Shown here piece after piece: positions 1 through 7,393 of a DNA stretch of 20,000 nucleotides. Numbering within the stretch: the stretch's first letter is position 1; each line of letters begins with the position of its first letter. The notes under the pieces were generated by a model. The model saw nothing but the letters and a program-made list of their open reading frames with translations. It was not told the DNA's origin and ran no database searches. The stretch lies in the NCBI GenBank assembly GCA_049724395.1, contig JAUGWO010000021.1, forward strand, positions 48,512 to 68,511, given 5' to 3'. Source of the DNA: Spongospora subterranea f. sp. subterranea. Lineage: Eukaryota. Made by a program: the position numbers and the translations under genes.

Positions 1-2061
1 CTGTCAATCCTATGTTTCTGTTTTCCATATTTTGTATTTCCTCTTCTAATGCTTTCAGTGTCGCTTGTGTGTCTATCCTATGAATTCTTTTACGGTTTGG
101 AGGTAGCCTTTGAGTTGATTTCCTCCTAATTGTTGTTTCAACTGTTGTCGGTAAATGGTCACTGTTTAACTCAGTGTGTACTCCCCATGTTATGGTCTCC
201 TTTGCCATCTGCCGATTAGCGAGGGTGATATCTAGTGTGTTGTTACCTCTTGTTGGTTTCAGGAATATAGATCAATCTGCATGTTTCCAGGCATTGTATC
301 AAGGTATTTGTGGTTTTCGTCGTGGTTGACTCCAAACCGTTTGTCTTTGGTATTTAGGTCACCTGTTATAAGTATAGGCTCATCTCGTGTTTCGACATAT
401 TTTCCAATCTCCTTCCAGTATGCTTTCCTCGTTCTTCTATCAATATCGGGTGATATATATATATGATTCAGTATTGCATCACAATATATCTTCACTATTT
501 GTGTCATTTTTCCGTTGGTCCCGTATGTTTGGATTGCAGGCACGTGCATTACATCTACTTGTACGTGGTCTCTCCAGAACATTCCAGATTGGGTATATTT
601 GTCATCGGCTTCAGGGTTTGAGAAGTCGTCAATTTGGCGTCTATGGTTTAATTCGGATATACATATTACATCGATGCGGTTGTTATCTGCAAATAGAGAC
701 AGTTCTTTTGACTTTTGTTCGCTTAGGGAGCAGGCATTCCATTGAGCGATCTTTAAGTTCCTGGTTGTTCGTATTTTTCTGCTTTTCGTATTGATTCTCA
801 TGAAATATTGTGCTATTTTCATCTGCCGTTTGTGTGTTTTAGAGCCGTGTATGATCTTGTCAACGATGTTTGTTCGCTTTCGTTCATCGGTGCTCTCACT
901 TTGTGGTTTTACTAGTGCAATGCTTCCATTGGTTTCTGCTATAGTGTTTTCCTTGTTGTCTGCTTCCAGTATTTTTCCGATCAATTTGGTGATTTCGTAG
1001 TGGCTCATCTGGTTAGCTGGGGTTGGTTTTGTCGCTGTTTTTCGCTTTATGTTTTCTTTGTCTGCAACTTCATTGCATTGTCTCTCACCGTTGGTATTCT
1101 GTCTTTTCCTCTGCTTTGCATTGTTGTCCTTATCTATCCGCAATCCTCTCTTTTTTGTGCATATTTGTTTAGTGTGCCTTTCATATTTGTGACGTCGTGT
1201 GAGTTGTTCGGGTTGATCATCGAAATTGTCGCATAATCGGATCCTTTTCGGACTGTTGATTTTACCGTGTCTCATTGGGTTGTCTGGTGATTGGTTTATC
1301 GTAGCTTGCTGTTTGAAATTATTATTCGTAACAGTTTGAGCTGCTGATCTGTTTAATATGTTTGATAGTTTGTACTGATCAATGTATAGGTCACATTTGT
1401 CTGGTGTCATCGTATCGCTATTCTTCCACTCACTATCCGTTGTAGCTATAGGGATTAGGGTTCCATAATGGTTCAAATTCTGATGTCTCATTGATGTTGA
1501 TGGTTTCCCATGCATGTGGTGTAACAGGTATATGGTTTTGGTCCATGGTATTACATCACGTAACTTCGGTAGCATGTTCTCTATCTATTTCTGTATATCT
1601 GTTATGAGCGGTGGATTCGACTGACTTATTACTATAATGTTCATTTTAAATTTGTATGCAGCGATGGTGAGTCCGAACAGCCCTCCCCATTGTCTTTCTA
1701 TACTCATTATGCTCAGATATTCGTCCAATCCTATGCTGTTGTTGTTTGGCAACGATCCTATATAGGGCGTTAAGTTTTTAGCAATGGTTCTTCCTTGCTC
1801 AGGATTTCTAGCGTGTTCACATATGTTTTGCACTGTCATATTCGGGATCGCTCATGTTGCTCGGATCGCTTCGAAAGCACAGTTTCCTATTCCGATCACA
1901 TCTCTAAGTACGTATTTCGTATTCTCTATCGCCACCATGCATGATGAATGTAGTCCTTTGCTGTTTCCTCCTTTGCATGGTGTTATTTGTTCTAGTGTTT
2001 TGTTTTCACTTGTTTTCCATACTTTGCTGTTATTTTGGTTTTTCGTATGTTTCACTTTCAT
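1..2061 (-). pseudogene. LINE ORF2 N-terminal part: OTU-like cysteine protease domain, basic linker, AP-endonuclease (EEP) domain
   Basis: ORFs 1852..2061, 1585..1839 and 259..1575 share one frame and are split only by a TGA (1852-1854; GGA in the right-hand copy) and a TAG (1585-1587). OTU motifs: VIGIGNCAFEAI, YLSIMSIERQWGG, IAAYKFKMNIIVI, IYLLH...NHY. APE motifs: LKIAQWNA, IDVICISE, ITGDLN, and after a frameshift near 260 KPTRGNNTLDITL and LNSDHLP (SDH ~157-165). Confidence 0.85.
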
Positions 2062-2070
2062 CCACTCCCT

Positions 2071-2198
2071 AAATTGAAATAAAATTACTGTTTTTCAACT
2101 CCAAGTGTCACGTGATACTCAGCATTGGTTGTCGCAGGGGGCGTTATCTATGTTCGGGGAAGCAGTATAAGACCCAGGCCTTCCAGACAAAGGGAATA
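2071..2198 (+). pseudogene. Inverted, diverged fragment of a paralogous LINE ORF1
   Basis: Aligns by eye to the reverse complement of ~2490-2620. It reads KITVFQLQVSRDTQHWLSQGALSMFG/KQYKTQAFQ versus KTTVFQFQMARDAEHWISQGTVSIFGK*YKTQAFQ, and many differences are at third codon positions. Confidence 0.75.
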
Positions 2199-2202
2199 GA
2201 CC

Positions 2203-2865
2203 ACAGCATACCACCCCAGCGGCTTTCGGTGTAGGTAAATTCTGTTTGCATTTGGTACATCTTGGTGTGTCCCTTTGTCATATTTGCTTTACTGTAAATT
2301 GATTTACAGATAACGCCATGGGCATTGGATTGCCCAATGTCCCGCTTCCGCGCAAGTAGTGCATCTGGACTCCGCAGTAATCTTCTTTGGACATGAGGTA
2401 GCCATGTGGGATTGACCGCATGTATAGCAGGCAATTCTGCCACACTTATTCTTTTCCATGCAATTAATCTAGTAGCAAGTTTCACACACCCGTATTTCCT
2501 TTTTTTGAAAGGCCTGTGTCTTATACTACTTCCCGAATATCGAGACTGTCCCCTGCGATATCCAATGCTCCGCATCTCTTGCCATTTGAAATTGGAAAAC
2601 AGTCGTTTTGTCTCCAATTTGTGTTGCTTTATCAGGCTTTTTTCCCTTCCATCCTTGGATCGCCATGCCATTTTTGACGAGATATGGTGGTATTCCTTGG
2701 ATGATAACTTTACGGCTATTGTCGTGCTTGGAATGTGATGTAGGCCTGATGCGGATGCCTTTTCTCCAACAGAAATTCAGCAGGGCTTTGTATTGTCCTG
2801 TTGAGTTGGAGTTAGTTTCGCTACTGTCTTATTTACTGTAGTGCGGCAGCGTTAGCGCGGATGAT
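2203..2865 (-). pseudogene. LINE ORF1 (gag-like nucleic-acid-binding protein with zinc knuckles), 5'-truncated, with in-frame stops
   Basis: This frame is not in the ORF track: RKVIIQGIPPYL...TTVFQFQMARDAEHWISQGTVSIFGK*YKTQAFQKKEIRVCETCY*INCMEKNKCGRIACYTCGQSHMATSCPKKITAESRCTTCAEAGHWAIQCPW. It has CX2CX3HX4C and CX2CX4HX4C knuckles plus a degenerate first one. Stops at 2526-2528, 2469-2471 and 2304-2306. Confidence 0.8.
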
Positions 2866-2983
2866 GCGCCTTAGCGCTCTTCTCATACCTGTCCGTAATA
2901 CCTGTCCGTACGCATTCCGTACGTGTTATGAATACAGAGCTTTTTGACTGAACGTTCTAGTTCTACGCCCTTGGGCTGCAACA
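2866..2983 (+). repeat. 5' LTR (shared portion, ~118 bp)
   Basis: Matches 6174-6294 (about 5 substitutions and one 3-bp indel) and matches 18625-18742 in reverse complement. Ends in CA and contains a 13-bp tandem ATACCTGTCCGTA x2. The true TG start is not resolved. Confidence 0.85.
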
Positions 2984-3020
2984 GTGATCACTACGCTTCC
3001 TCCTTAGGGCGTAAAAGTTT

Positions 3021-4065
3021 ATGCAATTGAGGTCAGGGAAAACCAGCAACAATCCCATGACACCTTCTTCTATACCGACCAACCGAAGTTCTGATGCCAA
3101 ACCAACCATAACCCCTTCTTCTATACCGACGAACCAAATTTCTGATGCCAAACCAAAAATTTCTTATCTGGATGTTTCCCTCTGCCTCACTCCAAGCTGT
3201 TTTCACAAGTTTTATGCAACAACAGCAACAAACCAACCAAGTGATGAGCCAGCTGCTACTGCAACTTTGTAAAGAGTCAAAGACTGACGAGCCCGCTGTC
3301 TCTGCTCAAGCTCCTGCCACGAAAACTTATCCCATTTCCTCGTCTGAACTACCAAAGTTCAGTGAGATTATTTCTACTGATGATGCCTTTCGCTACCTGG
3401 GCACAGCGGATATCAGAAGCCTATCGGATGACGATCGTCTGATTGTCCGATCCTTCAAATTTTTTTCCTTTAGAGCGCGCTTCACCAAGCTAACCCGATT
3501 ACTTGGAGATGATGCCAGACTGCAACATCTTTACTGTTGTCTAGTTGGGCAAGCCCAGGAACGAGCCGTGTTAATGGATGCTTCGACAAGCGAAGAACTT
3601 TTCGGGTCCCTAGCGGAGCGGTATGCCTCGGCAGCAGATCCCGGCGCTCTCGAGGATACCATTCGCCACAAACTAGAGTGCTCCGTACCTTTCCCCACTG
3701 AATCTATCGCAGAATATGTTTCCAGGTTCGACCAGTACTACCGCTTTGCTAAAGAGGTATCACCAAATTTTTCCATCTCGGAACCGACATGTTGCCGCTT
3801 ATTCCTACATTCCCTGCGTTCCCGCACCGCCCTTTTCAGTGCATTGGTCTACGCATCTGGTCGAAAGGTTAGTCGACTCGAGGAAATTTTCAGTCTAGCC
3901 CGAGACTGCGAAAGCAACCTTAGTATGATCCAAGCGGCGGAAACTTTTGCCTCACACCCACCACAGAGACGAGATTCGCGACCAAACTTCGGTTCTTCTA
4001 ATTGCCCTGAAACCTTTTCCACCAACCGTAATCACCATAATCCTCCAGAGTCGAAACCGCCCTGA
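3021..4065 (+). pseudogene. gag: Gypsy Gag (capsid-like), frameshifted near 3174 in this copy
   Basis: ATG 3021 lies 38 nt after the LTR. A 4-nt insertion (GTTT) relative to copy 3 splits ORF 3021.. from ORF 3145..4065. Gag-like motifs: LYCCLVGQAQE, ELFGSLAERY, ESIAEYVSRFDQY, LFLHSL. Ends CCC TGA. No CCHC knuckle seen. Confidence 0.8.
3055..3156 (+). repeat. 51-bp (17-aa) tandem repeat x2 in the Gag N-terminus
   Basis: MTPSSIPTNRSSDAKPT / ITPSSIPTNQISDAKPK; also present in copy 3. Confidence 0.9.
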
Positions 4066-6182
4066 AAACTTTGTAAACAACCGTTTTTCCCAGCATCGAA
4101 CGCAAACACCTGCCGAAGACTCCAGCAGAACTCATTCTCGTTTTCCACAACGCCACACATCAGAGAAACCGTTTATCAAGCGAGTCTCTACGGCTAGCCC
4201 TCCCCTTTCTACGGTTTACGAATATTCGGAAGATCGGCTCATCTCGACGCCAGGTGTCTCCCGCGTGACGTTCGAAACAGTTTCCCCCTTCCCTACTCTT
4301 ACTTCTCCACCTGAAATTGAAATTTCGCATGTTCAATCTGAAAACGTGACCGAAATTTCCTCTCAACGTACTTTAAGAACGGCCGTTCTGTCGGTAGGCT
4401 CAGCAAAAGCCGTCGTTCCCATAACAATAGATGATGGTGCGGAGTTTTCCGTAATGAGTAAAGAGTTTTATATCAACTTCCCCAATTTGGCTATTCCCAT
4501 AGAGCCAATCACTTTTCGAATGGCGAACGATCAGGAGGCCACCTGCTCCAGCTATGTACTTTTCGATGTTTCCCTGGAAACTCGCCGGAAACGTTACCCT
4601 CAGGCGCCACCAGATCTATGTTGCTGACATTCCTATGTCGGAAGTTCTGCTTGGAAGACCTTTTTTGCGACGCTTGGGCATTGATGTCGACGCGCTGATT
4701 TGTCTGATGGCAACCCATTCTGTGGATGAGAAACCTCGGGATCAGGAATATTTCGTTGACCATGTTTCCGAGGAGGCACCATCTCCAGGAAAAAACTCCC
4801 TGGGTGATATAAGAGCTACACTGGAGGAACGGTTAAATGACTGCTCGGCTCTCGATCCTCCGCCGTGGTTTCTGTCTGAGCTTCGCATGATACTCTCTGA
4901 ATTCGTTGATGTTTTCCGAATTTCGCTTTGTTCTGACCCCCCTGTTAATGTTACGCCTCTGCTATTGAAGCAACTCCCTGATGCTGCCCCGTTATTGGCA
5001 AACGCAAGGATTCTGTCTCCGGTTGCTCGCTCCTATATGCGATCGTGGATTACTGAATTAGAGAAGTGCGGATTAATTTTTGCAAATCATAATCCGTCAT
5101 GGGCACTACCTGCGTTCGTTGTTGATCCTTTCAAGAAGCCTCGCATGGTTATTGATATGGTTCCCGCGAACAAATCAATGGTAAAATTCTATTTTCCTAT
5201 GCCTCACTTACAGTCTTTCGGATGTCACTTACGCAACTCTTCTGTTTATTTCACGTTGGATTGTTTCAAAGGATACTGGCAGTTTCCTGTTGAAGGTGAT
5301 CTAGACTGTCAAAGTTTTGTAACCCCGTTTGGAGTATACACTCCAACCAGAGTCTGTCAAGGAAATTGCAATGGTGTTTTTGCCTTCCAAAGAGGAATGC
5401 ATGAAATTTTTGGTGATTTAGTTCCTAGCCAACTGTTCATCTCCGAGCTCCGCCTTGACTTAAGAGATTGGCTAATTCTTATTCCCCTAGTTCGCTTTGC
5501 GCTCAACCACACTACGCCTCCCGATCGGCCGGCTGCTGTCACACTCTTTTGTGGCCTACCGCCCTCCTCACCATTGGATTCTATATGGAACCCGAAATCC
5601 CAATCCATAGTCTCTGTCCCTCTAAATTCGGATCAACTCTTTGCTTTAGTGGAGGACCTTCGCCAAGCCCTGCAAAAGTGGCATAAACATGTTGGGGAGA
5701 CACGTGACCGACGGCGTCTAGCCGAAAATTGCGAATTAGGGTTAAACAAACTTTTCTGTGGGAGATTTTGTCTTAGATCAAATATTTTAAATGCTTTAAA
5801 AAATAAGTTGAAGGTTCTCTGGACCGGGCCCTTCCGTATAACAGCCGTAAATTCGGACTACGTTTTTACTGTTGAGGATATACATACGAAAAAATCCTCA
5901 ATCTGCCAGGAACGAGAAGGCTGAATGCTGACTCACACTGAACATTGATCGGGAATCAGAGTACGTATTTTCCTCAGTTGGCCTGGATGTTCGCTATGAT
6001 CCTAATACTTGTATTTGGGAAGCTTATATTTCATGGCTCGGTTTTGAAGAGATTGAAAATTCGTGGGAGCCGCTCCCAAACTTCTCGAGGACTGCCCGAT
6101 TTTTATTAAGCGACGGCTCAAAGCTCTGAAATCATGCTCGCCCGAGCTGAAAGACTTCTTAGTTCGAGGTGGCGCGCCCTAG
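4061..6182 (+). pseudogene. pol: Gypsy Pol: aspartic protease, RT N-half fused by deletion to integrase C-terminus, chromodomain
   Basis: Protease ITIDDGAEFSVMS...VLLGRPFL. RT WALPAFVV, PRMVIDM, FTLDCFKGYWQ, FVTPFGVYTPTRVCQG. Jump at ~5436 to integrase tail SELRLDLRDWLILIPLVRFALNHT and GPY/F-like KLKVLWTGPFRITAV. Chromodomain WEAYISWLGFEEIENSWEPL/LLEDCP at ~5990-6100, stop at 6180-6182. Frameshifts near 4582 and within 5900-6085. Confidence 0.9.
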
Positions 6183-6294
6183 CGCTCTTCTCATACCTGT
6201 CCGTAATACCTGTCCGTACCCATTCCGTACGTATTATGAATACAGAGCTTTTTATTGACTGAACGTTCTAATTCAACGCCCTTGGGCTGCAACA
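6174..6294 (+). repeat. 3' LTR (shared portion)
   Basis: Direct repeat of 2866-2983, preceded by purine-rich GAGGTGG and ending GCTGCAACA. Confidence 0.85.
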
Positions 6295-6354
6295 TTGGTG
6301 TGCAAGCGGCGGAATGGAGCCGATATAATCTAACAAATTCCAAAACATACTCAC

Positions 6355-6624
6355 TTGACAATTGTGCCGATAACCCTCGAATCGGTTTACGATTCCAGAT
6401 TCGTCACCGACACTTGGAATATTTTATTGATTGGGAAGATATCCACCATCGGAACGGTCATGGGAACCAGCTGCCACGCTAAGAGCCACGGATATGTTGG
6501 TGGACGAAGTTCAAGCCTTCCACAGGCAATATCCCGAAAGGGCAGGGCCGAGGATAAGACGCCCTAAGGGATAAGGCAGTATAATGTTAGGACCAACCTG
6601 TTCCATGTGCCCATCAGTCACGCA
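6355..6624 (+). mobile_element. 3' remnant of a second chromovirus family: chromodomain, purine-rich tract, probable LTR start
   Basis: Across frameshifts reads ITLESVYDSRF / RHRHLEYFIDWE / YPPSERSWEPAATL...VQAFHRQYPERAGP, typical of chromovirus integrase C-termini. Followed by a purine-rich stretch and TGTTAGGACC at 6585. The LTR may extend further right; its end was not found. Confidence 0.75.
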
Positions 6625-7047
6625 GGCGATTTGGACTGTCGAATAAATCCTTTTTGTAATGGGCTCCTGCAAGTACGCCTTCAGCGCGCGTCTGCTCGCG
6701 AGCAGATAGTCCATACAGGCGATTGAATGGTGGTTCCTTGCCTTCGTGCAGGTCAATGGTACAATCAAACTTCCTATGTTCAGGTAATTCGTCGCATTTC
6801 GCCTTATCAAAAACATCGAAGAAATCGGTGAACTTTCAGGTAGTCCACTTTGCTGTAATTGTGTGAAATTACATCATGATGCACCAAAATGTAAGTCAAA
6901 CGGGTACCCGGATTGCCAATGACCAAGAATTATTTAACCTGACGAGATGATGTGCGATTTCGCGTGGTTGACTGCCGAAAAATTTGCACATTGTCTAGGT
7001 AGCATTGCGAGCCAATCGATTATTGGATTGTGATGGACGAGCTATGG

Positions 7048-7213
7048 CATCGGAACGGTCATGGGAACCAGCTGCTTCAGCAGTGATGAGTCCGTTGGCA
7101 TGCAAATCACAGGCAATATCCCGAAAGGGCAGGGCCGAGGATATTGCCTGTGGAAGGCATAAGCAGTATACTGTTAGGACCATACCATGTTCCATGTGCC
7201 CATCAGTCACGCA
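7048..7213 (+). repeat. Second, rearranged copy of the chromodomain/LTR-start remnant
   Basis: Shares blocks with 6447-6624: CATCGGAACGGTCATGGGAACCAGCTGC, CACAGGCAATATCCCGAAAGGGCAGGGCCGAGGATA, TGTTAGGACCA, TGTTCCATGTGCCCATCAGTCACGCA. Confidence 0.85.
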
Positions 7214-7224
7214 CTTAATAAAGG

Positions 7225-7391
7225 GCGGCTACATAAAACACTGGCCGCACTAACTGGCCGCAGTTTCTTGGCCAGTTAGTGTGGCCAGTGTTTTCTGTAG
7301 GCCGCTGGTAGGGTGTGAATTAACCGGCCGCATTCACTGGCCTGATTGATCAAAGTAGGCCAGCGATTGCGGCCAGTTAATTCACACCCTA
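7225..7391. repeat. Two adjacent ~82-bp hairpins (MITE-like fold-backs) built from CTGGCCGCA units
   Basis: Arms 7225-7259 / 7270-7305, and TAGGGTGTGAATTAA...TTAATTCACACCCTA at 7309-7391. Each has ~35-bp arms with only a few mismatches. Confidence 0.85.
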
Positions 7392-7393
7392 AC

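Larger units (their letters stand above)
1..2865 (-). mobile_element. Non-LTR retrotransposon (LINE, APE type), degenerate: ORF1 (CCHC knuckles) then ORF2 (OTU-like + AP endonuclease); continues off the left edge
   Basis: Seen: minus-strand order ORF1 zinc knuckles -> OTU motifs -> APE motifs, with an A-rich sense strand. Inference: RT lies left of position 1. The 5' end abuts the Gypsy LTR near 2865 and the exact boundary is uncertain. Confidence 0.85.
2866..6294 (+). mobile_element. Ty3/Gypsy LTR retrotransposon with chromodomain, internally deleted (copy 1)
   Basis: Direct repeats 2866-2983 and 6174-6294 ending ...GCTGCAACA enclose gag, protease, RT N-half, integrase C-terminus and chromodomain in Gypsy order (RT before IN). 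No target-site duplication could be identified. Confidence 0.92.

Noticed and set aside
1585..2831. In-frame TAG/TAA stops in the LINE, one of which is CAG in the paralog, hinting at a TAR=Gln genetic code or RIP-like CpA-to-TpA mutation
   Set aside because: Long frames (438-aa LINE, 306-456-aa Gypsy) contain no TAR and use CAA/CAG for Gln, and the near-identical Gypsy copies show no obvious excess of CpA transitions. Ordinary decay explains the few stops.
2144..2841. ORF-track proteins 2144..2671 (-), 2406..2738 (+), 2608..2841 (+) and their mirrors at 18767-19405
   Set aside because: Shadow frames; the motif-bearing frame is the stop-interrupted LINE ORF1, as supported by the diverged paralog fragment.
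2837..2865. TGTAGTG... as the true start of the 5' LTR with a target-site duplication
   Set aside because: The segment is absent from the 3' LTR and no flank matches the TTGGT after 6294, so the LTR start and TSD cannot be supported.
6295..6325. TTGGTGTGCAAG... after the 3' LTR looks like a tRNA PBS, and its reverse complement resembles a tRNA 3' end
   Set aside because: The spacing is one base off, the T-stem does not pair, no cloverleaf forms and no gag follows; probably flanking sequence.
7080..7130. GTGATGAGTCCGT...CGAAA resembles a hammerhead ribozyme core
   Set aside because: It lacks CTGATGA and a closing stem II, and it lies inside the chromodomain coding remnant.
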